In this document: one piece after another, positions 42,873 through 52,042 of the stretch | Layout of the letters: each line of letters opens with the position of its first letter | How positions within the stretch are numbered: the stretch's first letter is position 1 | Assembly: GCA_038751365.1 (NCBI GenBank) | Contig: JBCDGH010000002.1 | Span: 1-58,147, forward strand | Reading direction: 5' to 3' | DNA from: Patescibacteria group bacterium | GTDB taxonomy: Bacteria; Patescibacteriota; JACMRA01 | Length of the DNA: 58,147 nucleotides | Position numbers and translations under genes: made by a program | Notes under the pieces: generated by a model | What the model saw: the letters and a program-made list of their open reading frames with translations, nothing else | Databases searched by the model: none | Told to the model about the DNA's origin: nothing

Positions 42873-44459
42873 ATGATTCAGAAAAAAATACTACTTAGAC
42901 TGAGTATAACCCTGCTGGTATTTAACCTAGTCATAGGTACGATAACACTCTTTAATAGCTGGAGAGCCAGTCAGGAAATAGCTAAAGCTGCTTTGGAAAA
43001 ATCTAAACAGTCTCAGGTTTTGGGGGTAAATAATATCCCAAAGTTTAACAGGAATTTTGTTCTAAGCAACGATTCCTTTAGCTCATCTAGAGTGTTTCCA
43101 ACTGAAGCCAGTGTACAATCATATTTAGAAAAAACTAAATCACCATTAAAAAGCTTTGTAGCAGAAGGTAAGTCAGCAAGTTATTGGATTTTTGGCGCTG
43201 CTAGAGGTGTCACGAGTAGTAAGTATGGTATCACTCCAAACATTAATCCTGCTCTAATTATAACTTTTTTAGAAAAGGAGCAGTCTTTAATCAGTCTAAA
43301 GAACTACGATACTTATAAAGACCCAGAAAGAAGGATTAAATACGCAATGGGCTATGGTTGTCCAGACGGAGCTGCATGTGATGCCAAATATAATGGTTTT
43401 GTGAATCAAGTAAACTGGGCTGCTTATCAACTACAGTTTAATTATAACAATGCTCCAAGCGGTAAATATGTCAGACCTTACAAATTACAGGATACAATCA
43501 CAACCTTAGATGAGTATAATGTATTCTTGAGTAACCAAGCTACTGCTGCGATTTATAGATACACTCCACATGTGTATTGGGGAGCTTACAACACTTGGAA
43601 AATTATGGTTGGTAATGGATGGGGTCAAAACCCTAACCCGATTAGCTTATCACAAATAGATCAAGTAAATTTAGTAAATAAAGATGCAAATATTGAACTC
43701 CCTGCATCTACAAACATTGATCCTAACACAATTAGTAATTTACTTAAAAATGGTTGTCGACTAGGTCAAACCGGTGAGAATATAAAAAATCTGCAACGAT
43801 ATTTACGGCAGAAAGGATTCTTTATGAGTAGAGAGATAACTGGAATGTGTGGAACAGTTACCAAAAGAGCTCTAGAACTGTATTTTGGTAAAGAAGCTCA
43901 GTTTATTGAAAAACCAGCTATTATGGGTGGTAAGACTATCTTTGCAGATAGTAAAGGTGTAAAGGCTAAGGGTTTAAACACCAGAGTCCAGCCATGTGGT
44001 ATTACTGCCGGTTCTAACCCTATAAACTGGGGCACTAAAGGCGATATTATTTCGGGTCCTACACCAAAAGCTTGCCTTGGTGGTAATTGGAATTGGTATA
44101 AGATTAATTGGGAAAATGGCACCACTGGTTGGTCAGTAAGTGCCTATCTCACAGATGCTCCAGCAGCTACAATTAAACCAGCCCCAGCTGCCCCAGAGTC
44201 AGCAGTTCAAGCTCCTACATTTACCACCGAACCTGCACCTAAGATTGTCACCACGAATAGCCGTGGCGTGAAAGTAGCCGGTTTAAATTTGAGGAGTGGA
44301 CCTTGCACCAACAAAATTGGAGTAATACCCTGGTCTGTTAAGGGCAAAGTACTGGCTGGACCTATTGCCAAAAAATGTTTTGGGAGAGACTTAGAGTGGC
44401 TAAAGGTTCAATTTGATAACGGTAAAACCGGCTGGGTTGCCTCCTATTATTTAGGCTAG
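42873..44459 (+). CDS. secreted cell-wall-binding protein: unknown N-terminal domain, peptidoglycan-binding domain and two SH3b domains
   Basis: Signal/anchor helix. LGQTGENIKNLQRYLRQKGFF...GTVTKRALELYFG is PG_binding_1-like. Two SH3b-like repeats follow: GLNTRVQPCG...WYKINWENGTTGWSVSAYL and GLNLRSGPC...WLKVQFDNGKTGWVASYYL. Confidence 0.65.
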   Translation: MIQKKILLRLSITLLVFNLVIGTITLFNSWRASQEIAKAALEKSKQSQVLGVNNIPKFNRNFVLSNDSFSSSRVFPTEASVQSYLEKTKSPLKSFVAEGKSASYWIFGAARGVTSSKYGITPNINPALIITFLEKEQSLISLKNYDTYKDPERRIKYAMGYGCPDGAACDAKYNGFVNQVNWAAYQLQFNYNNAPSGKYVRPYKLQDTITTLDEYNVFLSNQATAAIYRYTPHVYWGAYNTWKIMVGNGWGQNPNPISLSQIDQVNLVNKDANIELPASTNIDPNTISNLLKNGCRLGQTGENIKNLQRYLRQKGFFMSREITGMCGTVTKRALELYFGKEAQFIEKPAIMGGKTIFADSKGVKAKGLNTRVQPCGITAGSNPINWGTKGDIISGPTPKACLGGNWNWYKINWENGTTGWSVSAYLTDAPAATIKPAPAAPESAVQAPTFTTEPAPKIVTTNSRGVKVAGLNLRSGPCTNKIGVIPWSVKGKVLAGPIAKKCFGRDLEWLKVQFDNGKTGWVASYYLG

Positions 44460-44987
44460 ATGGCTATTGACAACTGTCACAAAAAACCGAAAACCAATAA
44501 TATGAGTAAAGTATTGATAGTATATGCTACTTTAGGTGGTAATACAGAACTTACTGTACAAAAATGCCAGGAAGAACTATTAAAATACGGTTTTAATGTA
44601 AAAAATAAAAGGGTAGACGTCACTTCTGCCAATGAATTGCTAGAATACGATCTAACAATATTAGCCAGCCCAACCTACGGTCAAGGTACTGTAGAGCAGC
44701 ACTTTAAACCCTTCTTGAAATCAATGAAGCAATGTGACTATTCACGATCAAAGTTTGCAATTATCGGCTTGGGAGACACAAAGTACTATGCAGAATACCT
44801 CACTGAATCGGCAACCGTACTCGAGGAACATGTAAAAGACCTAAACGGACAAATCATAGTCCCTGCGCTCAGAATCGGTATGCCACCACTAAAATTTATA
44901 AATAAGCTTGTACCGATGTGGGTTGATAAAATTAGTACAAAAATAAAAACTTCTAATCCAAATGTAATTGGTAATTTAGTATCTTAG
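44460..44987 (+). CDS. flavodoxin
   Basis: KVLIVYATLGGNTE (FMN phosphate loop), ILASPTYGQG and FAIIGLGD. The likely start is the ATG at 44502 (MSKVLIVY). Confidence 0.8.
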   Translation: MAIDNCHKKPKTNNMSKVLIVYATLGGNTELTVQKCQEELLKYGFNVKNKRVDVTSANELLEYDLTILASPTYGQGTVEQHFKPFLKSMKQCDYSRSKFAIIGLGDTKYYAEYLTESATVLEEHVKDLNGQIIVPALRIGMPPLKFINKLVPMWVDKISTKIKTSNPNVIGNLVS

Positions 44988-44990
44988 TAT

Positions 44991-46751
44991 ATGTCAGCTA
45001 ATCGAACTGTCCTTAAAATAGCAGGAGAAAATGGAATGGGTCTCAGCAGCGTAGGAGAAATGGTTCAAAAAGCCTTAAAGAAAAACGGCTTTAATATTCG
45101 TTCTGAAAGAGAATTTCCTTCAACCATCAAAGGAGGTAAAGCCTGTAATATAATTAACTTCTCTAGTTCAAAAATTTATGGACTATCAAAAACCATTGAT
45201 ATAGCTATAGGACTCGATAGAGAAGGTGTTAAGGATTGCTTAGAGACTCTAAAACCTGGGGGTATTTTAATTCATGGCTTTGATCGCTGGAATAAGTCTA
45301 TCAAGAACTTGCCACAAATTGTTGAGTCTAAAAAGCTACAAGTATTTTTATTACCCGCAAGAGACATTGCTTTAGAAAATGGCGGTAGTGTTATTATGGT
45401 AAATACGGTTTTGTTGGGTTTTCTATGGAAAGTTCTAGGTTTAGACATAGACAGTCTAAGACAGCAAATTAAAGTTCAATTCCAAGATAAATCAAGTATT
45501 ATTAATGTGAATATTACCTGTGCTCAGGCAGGATTTGAATATAATTTTCCTAGCAAAACCCCTTCCCTATCTGTAAGCTCTAATAAGCTTGATAGTACAA
45601 AGCAAATTTTAATTGACGGTAATACTAGCTTAGCCTTAGGAGCTATTCAGGCTGGTGTAAGAGCTTATTACGCTTATCCAATGAGTCCTTCAACCTCGAT
45701 TTTGGTATACTTGGCTAAAGTCAGCCACCAAACTAAAATGCTAGTAAAGCAGGCTGAAGACGAAATAACTGCTGCACAAATGGCTTTAGGTTCAATGCAT
45801 ATGGGTACTAGAGCTTTGGTCGCTACTTCTGGTGGTGGTTTTGATTTAATGACAGAAACCGTAAGTCTTAGCGGTATGATTGAAACACCGTTGGTGATTA
45901 CCATAGTCCAACGTCCCGGACCAGCTACTGGACTGCCAACATGGACAGCTCAGAGTGACCTAGATTTAGCTATATATTCAGCTCATGGAGAGTTCTGCAG
46001 AATTGTCTTAGCCTGTAGTGACGCAACCAGCTCCTTTGAGAATATACAACATGCTCTTAATCTCTCTGAAAAATATCAAATACCGGTGATTTTACTTTCA
46101 GAGGCTACTATAGGTATGGGTTACGAAACAACACCTGAATTTACAGATAACACAATACCAATTGAACGAGGTATAATTACTGCAACTGAAGAGATTGATG
46201 CGTTACAACCAAGCGATAGATATCAGATAACTAGTACAGGCGTTTCTAAGAGATGGCTACCTGGCAAATCCAAATCAACTTACTTTGCTAATGGTGATGA
46301 ACACTGGGAAGAAGGTGAAATTACCGAAGATGAGCAGGAAGCAGGAAGCATGATAAAGAAAAGACTTATCAAGACTAAAACCATACTTGATAACTTACCT
46401 GAACCAGAAATTTTTGGTGATCCTATGGAAGCTGATATTTCTTTTATAGGCTGGGGTAGTAGCAAAGGTCCTATGCTAGATTCTATAGAGATATTAGCTG
46501 CTAAAAATATAAAAGCAAACTATTTGCACTTTAACTATATTCTACCTCTAAAAACTGCTAAACTAATCGAATTTTGTAAGCAGAATCAGAATGTAAGCAC
46601 TATCGAAGGCAATTTCAATGGTCAGCTTAGTAATTTAATCGAAAGTAAAACAAATCTTAAATTCCCTCAACGTCTCTTGAAGTGGAATGGCAGACCTTTT
46701 TATGTAGAAGATATAGTTGATTTTGTAAGAGAAAAAGTAAACAAAACATAG
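44991..46751 (+). CDS. korA: 2-oxoacid:ferredoxin/flavodoxin oxidoreductase, fused gamma-alpha subunit
   Basis: The N-terminal gamma-type domain (LKIAGENGMGLSSVGEM...) is followed by the alpha domain (GNTSLALGAIQAGVRAYYAYPMSPST, EDEITAAQMALGSMHMGTRALVATSGGGFDLM). It lies directly upstream of the TPP-binding beta subunit. Confidence 0.85.
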   Translation: MSANRTVLKIAGENGMGLSSVGEMVQKALKKNGFNIRSEREFPSTIKGGKACNIINFSSSKIYGLSKTIDIAIGLDREGVKDCLETLKPGGILIHGFDRWNKSIKNLPQIVESKKLQVFLLPARDIALENGGSVIMVNTVLLGFLWKVLGLDIDSLRQQIKVQFQDKSSIINVNITCAQAGFEYNFPSKTPSLSVSSNKLDSTKQILIDGNTSLALGAIQAGVRAYYAYPMSPSTSILVYLAKVSHQTKMLVKQAEDEITAAQMALGSMHMGTRALVATSGGGFDLMTETVSLSGMIETPLVITIVQRPGPATGLPTWTAQSDLDLAIYSAHGEFCRIVLACSDATSSFENIQHALNLSEKYQIPVILLSEATIGMGYETTPEFTDNTIPIERGIITATEEIDALQPSDRYQITSTGVSKRWLPGKSKSTYFANGDEHWEEGEITEDEQEAGSMIKKRLIKTKTILDNLPEPEIFGDPMEADISFIGWGSSKGPMLDSIEILAAKNIKANYLHFNYILPLKTAKLIEFCKQNQNVSTIEGNFNGQLSNLIESKTNLKFPQRLLKWNGRPFYVEDIVDFVREKVNKT

Positions 46752-46766
46752 TCAAAAAAATAATTT

Positions 46767-47660
46767 ATGTCTCAACTACACAAATTGATAAATAAGGCAG
46801 AGGAATTCTCAGCATATGAGAGCGATCAAAAACACACATGGTGTTCTGGTTGTGGTAATTTTGGTATTCTAAATGCTCTTAAACGGTCCTTAGTTTTGGA
46901 GAATATCAAACCTCAAGAAACTTTGCTGTGCTTTGATGTAGGTTGCAATAGTAATGCTAGTGATAAAATTAAAGCTTACACTATACATGGTCTACACGGT
47001 AGGGTAGCTAGCCTAGCTTCTGGTGCCGCAATAGCTAACACAAAACAAAAAGTAATTGCTATGGCTGGTGATGGCGCTACATTTTCTGAAGGTATAAACC
47101 ACCTTGTGCACGCAGTTAGAAATGATTATCCGATCACATTTATAGTTCACAATAACAATAACTATGGTCTGACTATCGGACAGGCTAGTAGTACTACCAA
47201 GCATGATTTTGCAATGAATGGTTCTCCTGATGGAGTTATTCCTGAACCACTAAACACTTTACAATTTGTTCTTAGCTTCAATCCCAGTTTTGTAGCTAGG
47301 AGTTTTTCAGGTGATATCGAACATATGACAAAAACTATACAAATGGCTTTAAACCATCGAGGTTTTGCCTATGTAGAAATTATGCAAGCCTGTCCAACTT
47401 TCAATAAAGCTACACCGCAAGAATGGTACTGGGATAAAATCTTTGATATACAGACAATTATTGGCTACGACAAGACTGATATCTGGCAAGCTAGAAAAAT
47501 TGTAGATTCTCTTGATAAAGACTTGGCTGTTGGTGTAATCTATGAAAAAAGTAAACCAAATTTTGTAGAACAGCTAAAGAATAGAGAAGGTCTAGGGTCT
47601 GAACTGATAGACGAAGTAAAAAGTACTAGTATTACTGGCTTACTTCAAGAATTCAGATAA
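46767..47660 (+). CDS. korB: 2-oxoacid:ferredoxin/flavodoxin oxidoreductase, beta (TPP-binding) subunit
   Basis: WCSGCGNFGIL, GLHGR, and GDGA...NNNNYGLTIGQ (TPP/Mg site), plus a cysteine pattern for one [4Fe-4S] cluster. Confidence 0.85.
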   Translation: MSQLHKLINKAEEFSAYESDQKHTWCSGCGNFGILNALKRSLVLENIKPQETLLCFDVGCNSNASDKIKAYTIHGLHGRVASLASGAAIANTKQKVIAMAGDGATFSEGINHLVHAVRNDYPITFIVHNNNNYGLTIGQASSTTKHDFAMNGSPDGVIPEPLNTLQFVLSFNPSFVARSFSGDIEHMTKTIQMALNHRGFAYVEIMQACPTFNKATPQEWYWDKIFDIQTIIGYDKTDIWQARKIVDSLDKDLAVGVIYEKSKPNFVEQLKNREGLGSELIDEVKSTSITGLLQEFR

Positions 47661-47676
47661 AAACTTTTGGTTATTC

Positions 47677-48309
47677 TTGACACAAAATTATAAAGCAGGT
47701 TCTCTCAGAGCACTAACCATTTTCAAGAATTCAGAGAATGAACATATGCCATCTTCAATGCAGAGAACAGCTCAGCCTAGAGCCAAGGTTTCTAGTAGTT
47801 CTAGTAGCTTATCAAAAAAATTTTCTTTGAGACACGTTTTCAGAGTAGGTGCCATCGTCTGGTGCAAACACAAAGGTAGAGATTACTACGTAGTAATGAA
47901 ATCTTTTACTAGACCAAATAGAGGTACTCAGATCCCAGGCGGTCGTATCGAAAGAGATGAAAACCCGGCAGCTGCAGTCATCAGAGAAGTGATAGAAGAA
48001 ACGGGAGTGGAAACTAGAATTATCTGCCCCTTAGGTCTGATTTTTTTTGAGAACCCAGAAGATAACTATTCCAATTTACAACTTTACTATATAGTTAGAC
48101 CCCTATATCCTATAAACGTTTTTAAAAGGTGGCAGGTAATTGACCAAGATCAAACTAAGCAGGAACTAGAATGCTGGTGTATGTCAACAAATAACCCAAC
48201 AAGCTACTTAGCCGTTGGTCAAGGCAAGATCGTAGACATGTTCAAAGTATGGCTTAAAGAGCACAAGAAGCCGAACAATAGCAACCAATCTTTTCAAATA
48301 AAAAATTAA
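47677..48309 (+). CDS. Nudix hydrolase (intact Nudix box)
   Basis: GRIERDENPAAAVIREVIEETGV fits GX5EX7REUXEEXGU exactly. The track start is TTG, and an ATG (MPSSMQ) is 23 codons downstream. Confidence 0.8.
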   Translation: MTQNYKAGSLRALTIFKNSENEHMPSSMQRTAQPRAKVSSSSSSLSKKFSLRHVFRVGAIVWCKHKGRDYYVVMKSFTRPNRGTQIPGGRIERDENPAAAVIREVIEETGVETRIICPLGLIFFENPEDNYSNLQLYYIVRPLYPINVFKRWQVIDQDQTKQELECWCMSTNNPTSYLAVGQGKIVDMFKVWLKEHKKPNNSNQSFQIKN

Positions 48310-48407
48310 GAATTTGTTTTTTAAGTTGACTTATGTGCATATAAAAAGTTGTGTATATGCAGTCTGCTATTACCTAGTGGGCTAGTAATTAAAAAAGGAG
48401 GCTTGAA

Positions 48408-48530
48408 GTGAGAAAGTACGCTTTACTCTTCGCTCTGACAGTAATATTTGTATTACTGTTGGACACTACCGCTCGAGCAGCTACAAGCTTATCTAGCTAT
48501 AGCTGGTGGGTATGCCCTTGGGGCTATTAA
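48408..48530 (+). CDS. unannotated 40-aa precursor: signal-peptide-like N-terminus plus Trp/aromatic-rich C-terminal peptide
   Basis: My own translation from the GTG at 48408 gives MRKYALLFALTVIFVLLLDTTARAATSLSSYSWWVCPWGY, ending in a stop. The AAGGAGG RBS (48395-48401) is 6 nt upstream, and a strong terminator begins 11 nt after the stop. Confidence 0.45.
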   Translation: MRKYALLFALTVIFVLLLDTTARAATSLSSYSWWVCPWGY

Positions 48531-48540
48531 GGCTAGGTAT

Positions 48541-48573
48541 AAAGACAGTTATTGAATTAACTGTCTTTTTTTA
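48541..48573. terminator. 11-bp perfect hairpin plus T run between convergent small ORF and sufS
   Basis: aaagacagtta (48541-48551) pairs with taactgtcttt (48558-48568) around the loop ttgaat, and the T run continues to about 48572. Confidence 0.7.
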
Positions 48574-48597
48574 TAACAGGATAGAAGTTTAGAATAA

Positions 48598-49854
48598 TTA
48601 AGCTAGAATTTCCATGCCTTTTTTCAACCAAAAAATAAACTGATCTACTTCCTCTGCAGTATTATACATTGCCAGAGATACTCTACAGACACCGTTCTCA
48701 TATCCTAGCATATCTAACAATGGTTGAGTGCAATGATAGCCAGTCCTTATACATACATTTTTAGAAGCTAAATAAAAATCTAAATCTTGAGGGTGCACTC
48801 CATTAACTGTAAAAGACTGGATAGGTAATTTTTGATTAGTGCCAGCTATTAGTTTAACTTTTGATAGCCTAGACAACTCATTGTGCAAGTGTTTTAGTAG
48901 TTGGTTTTCATAATTTACCAAACTGTCATCAAGAATATTTTGATAATATTTAATTCCTTGATTCAGACCAATTACTCCAGCTATATTAGGAGTTCCGGGC
49001 TCAAATTTATACGGAAGCTGATTAAAGTCAGTATTAAAATAATCTACACTTTCTATCATATCTCCACCACCAGCTACAGGTGGCATCTTAATCAAATAAG
49101 ACTTTTTACCGTATAAAACCCCTACCCCTGTTGGAGAATAAACTTTATGCCCTGAATAACAATAAAAATCAACATCCAATTGCTCAACACTCACTTTCAT
49201 ATGCCCTACCGCTTGAGCTCCGTCTACAAGAACCAGACTACCGTTCTGATGCGCTAATTCAGTAATTTTCTTAATGGGATTAATTATGCCTAAAGTATTA
49301 GAAACATGACATAAAGACACTAATTTTACCTTGGGATTCAATAATTTCTTATATTCTTGTAGATCTAAATTTAAGTTAGCATCTAGAGGTATATACTTAA
49401 TTGTGAGCTGATATTTCTTTGATATTATCTGCCAAGGCACAATATTAGCATGATGCTCCATCTGTGATAGTAGTATTTCATCACCAGCTTTTAGTATGCA
49501 CTCACCTAAACCACTTTTAGTCCCTACACTGCTAGGGTTGATTGAGCTGATCAAACTTTGGGCTACTAAGTTAATACTATCTGTAGTTCCTTTAGTAAAA
49601 ATTATTTCCTCACTCGACTTGGCTGACAAAAAACCTTGTACCGCTTTCCTAGAATTTTCGTAGTTATGGGTAGTAGCTAAAGCAGATGCGTAGGTTCCAC
49701 GATGTACATTTGAGTTTGACTTCGTATAATAATTTACAAGAGAATCTATAACTACCTTTGGTTTATGAGTGGTTGCTGCGTTATCTATATAAACCAATTC
49801 AGGGTTCAGGCTAAAAAATTGAAAATCTCCCCTAACTTTTTGTACATCAAACAT
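48598..49854 (-). CDS. sufS: cysteine desulfurase, SufS (group II) type
   Basis: YIDNAATT, the PLP-lysine motif SGHKVYSPTGVGVLYGK, and the active-site Cys loop RTGYHCTQP. Confidence 0.9.
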   Translation of the reverse strand: MFDVQKVRGDFQFFSLNPELVYIDNAATTHKPKVVIDSLVNYYTKSNSNVHRGTYASALATTHNYENSRKAVQGFLSAKSSEEIIFTKGTTDSINLVAQSLISSINPSSVGTKSGLGECILKAGDEILLSQMEHHANIVPWQIISKKYQLTIKYIPLDANLNLDLQEYKKLLNPKVKLVSLCHVSNTLGIINPIKKITELAHQNGSLVLVDGAQAVGHMKVSVEQLDVDFYCYSGHKVYSPTGVGVLYGKKSYLIKMPPVAGGGDMIESVDYFNTDFNQLPYKFEPGTPNIAGVIGLNQGIKYYQNILDDSLVNYENQLLKHLHNELSRLSKVKLIAGTNQKLPIQSFTVNGVHPQDLDFYLASKNVCIRTGYHCTQPLLDMLGYENGVCRVSLAMYNTAEEVDQFIFWLKKGMEILA

Positions 49855-49865
49855 ATTAATTTTAT

Positions 49866-50918
49866 TTAGACCATAACTAACTCAATCTTTTTTTGCTCTA
49901 GCTTCTCCATAATTGCATAATTGATATTTTGTTGAGCTATGGTAAAACTCATATAATCATTAGATAAAACATGATAGACTACTTCAAACCTAAATTTGTG
50001 GTTACCAATTTCCATAAAACTGACTCTTTGAAATCTTACCCCTTCTTGAGACTCAATCACCTTTTGAATTAACCCAGGAACTAGCTTAAGTTTATTTAAA
50101 GGTGTCTTTAAATCTAAATGCAAACTAAAATCTACCCTTCTACTTTTTAGCAACTTGAAATTGTGAATTCTAGTATTGATTAGCTCTTTATTCGATACTA
50201 CAAGTTCTTCTCCACTGAGTACTCTAATCCTAGTTGATCGCAAACCAATACTCTGGACATAGCCCCTATCTTGACCAATTTCTACGTAATCCCCAACTAT
50301 AAAAGGCTTATCTAAAAAAATTGAAAAAGAAGCGAATATCTCTGATAAAATATTTTGTAGAGAAAAAGCTACAGCAATTCCAGTGATTCCCAAGCTGGTT
50401 ATCAAGGTCTGTACACCTCTAATCTCAAAATTCTGTAGTACTAAGATCAGACCAATTATCCAAACTACAAACCTGATCAAAGTAGTAATCAGACTAAGTC
50501 CTTCAGGGTCAAATCTTTGGTTATTTTTCTGATTATTTTCTACTACGACTTTAAAAAGGTAAATTAGCCATTGCTGCGAAATAATTATTATAAAATAGCT
50601 TATAACAACAAAAGATAAATTCTCTAGCCACCAAAATAAAGTTGAAGACCTGATAGAACTATTTAGTTCGATAAACATCAAAGTTTCTAAACTTGACTTT
50701 ATAGCAAGTGCATTGCAGAAAATCCAATTAGTAGTATTCAAATTTTGCTTAAAAACCAATTGTATACCTTGCTGGTTGAAACGATTTAGCAAAACTCTAA
50801 ACATTCTAAAAAAACCATAGAGTAGAGCGTAATAGCTAAAAAAGAGGATTACTCCAAACAAAAAAGTACTTAAATCTTTAGATGATACTGAAAAAAAACT
50901 AAAATTATCAAAAAGCAT
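49866..50918 (-). CDS. mscS: small-conductance mechanosensitive channel (MscS family)
   Basis: TM helices, then GITGIAVAFSLQNILSEIFASFSIFLDKPFIVGDYVEI...GYVQSIGLRSTRIRVLSGEELVVSN, which is the MscS core and beta domain. Confidence 0.85.
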   Translation of the reverse strand: MLFDNFSFFSVSSKDLSTFLFGVILFFSYYALLYGFFRMFRVLLNRFNQQGIQLVFKQNLNTTNWIFCNALAIKSSLETLMFIELNSSIRSSTLFWWLENLSFVVISYFIIIISQQWLIYLFKVVVENNQKNNQRFDPEGLSLITTLIRFVVWIIGLILVLQNFEIRGVQTLITSLGITGIAVAFSLQNILSEIFASFSIFLDKPFIVGDYVEIGQDRGYVQSIGLRSTRIRVLSGEELVVSNKELINTRIHNFKLLKSRRVDFSLHLDLKTPLNKLKLVPGLIQKVIESQEGVRFQRVSFMEIGNHKFRFEVVYHVLSNDYMSFTIAQQNINYAIMEKLEQKKIELVMV

Positions 50919-50975
50919 AATGTCTGCTATATAATCTTAAACAAGCTAGCATATTTTTTTGATTTAAACAACATG

Positions 50976-51197
50976 CTACTGCTCCGGAGATGGTCTAATA
51001 TCTTTTGGAATAAGTGGTAAATCTTCAATAATGGTTATTCGTTTTGATTCAGGTAAATTATTTTTAACAGTTTTATCTAAAGATGAAAAGTGCAGCTGCA
51101 TTATACAATACAAGATAGCAGTATAGATAAGTGCTTCCGGTATTTTGTTTATATATTTTTTAGCCTCTAGCTTAATTTTGTAACTTTTATTTTCCAT
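50976..51197 (-). CDS. small hypothetical membrane protein, 73 aa
   Basis: One hydrophobic helix (ALIYTAILYCIMQL). It occupies an otherwise empty gap, but there is no other support. Confidence 0.3.
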   Translation of the reverse strand: MENKSYKIKLEAKKYINKIPEALIYTAILYCIMQLHFSSLDKTVKNNLPESKRITIIEDLPLIPKDIRPSPEQ

Positions 51198-51290
51198 GAG
51201 AGCGAAAAAAACACAGCAAATTTAAAAAGGCAAATACGGCTTGTCAAAATTGTAGATACGGAACATAATTAGTATAAATATACTAATAAT

Positions 51291-52037
51291 ATGCCAAAAA
51301 TTCAAATAAAATTAATCAATAAAACTGAACTATCTCCACAAGTATACTTGCTTACTTTTGAGACCGAATCTGAGTTAGTTTTTACACCTGGTCAGTTTAT
51401 AAGCGTTGAGATTGAACCAAAGATTAATAGACCATACTCAATAAGCTATTTAGGTAAAGATATACCATACTTTGAGGGTGATTTACAAGCAAAGTCAAGT
51501 CTATCTGCAGGAAATTACTTAACACTGATGATTAGCACTAAACCCGGCGGTGCTGCTTCTGATTTCTTCGAAAAGATTAAGCCCGGAGTAACTTTAAATG
51601 CAATTGGTCCTACGGGCAGATTTGCATTAGTACAAAACAATAGACCTAAAGTTTTTGTAGCTACTGGTACTGGCTTAGCTCCTTTTACAGCAATGACTCA
51701 AGAGATAATTGAAAAGGATAGCAATGCTGACATAAGCGTATTTTTTGGGTGCTGGGATCTTTCCGGAGACTTTGTACATAAATTTTTTATTGACTTAAAG
51801 TCACGGGCTAAGAACCTAAAAGTCTACACAGTAGCTGAAAACCTTGAGGGTATATCTGAAAGCGAATTTCTGAAAGAAGGGAGAGTTACTAAAGTGATAC
51901 CTGAAACAATAAATAATTTAAACCAAGCTGATTTTTATTTATGTGGACACCCGGCTATGGTAGCTAGTATGTCAGATGTATTGCTAAAAAACAAAGTACT
52001 TCAAAGCAATATCATTATGGAAAAGTTCGGAAAATAA
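51291..52037 (+). CDS. ferredoxin/flavodoxin-NAD(P)+ reductase-like FAD/NAD(P)-binding oxidoreductase
   Basis: RPYSIS (the RxYS FAD motif), GGAASDFF, the NAD(P)-binding GTGLAPF, and CGHPAMV near the C-terminus. Confidence 0.75.
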   Translation: MPKIQIKLINKTELSPQVYLLTFETESELVFTPGQFISVEIEPKINRPYSISYLGKDIPYFEGDLQAKSSLSAGNYLTLMISTKPGGAASDFFEKIKPGVTLNAIGPTGRFALVQNNRPKVFVATGTGLAPFTAMTQEIIEKDSNADISVFFGCWDLSGDFVHKFFIDLKSRAKNLKVYTVAENLEGISESEFLKEGRVTKVIPETINNLNQADFYLCGHPAMVASMSDVLLKNKVLQSNIIMEKFGK

Positions 52038-52042
52038 GAAGC

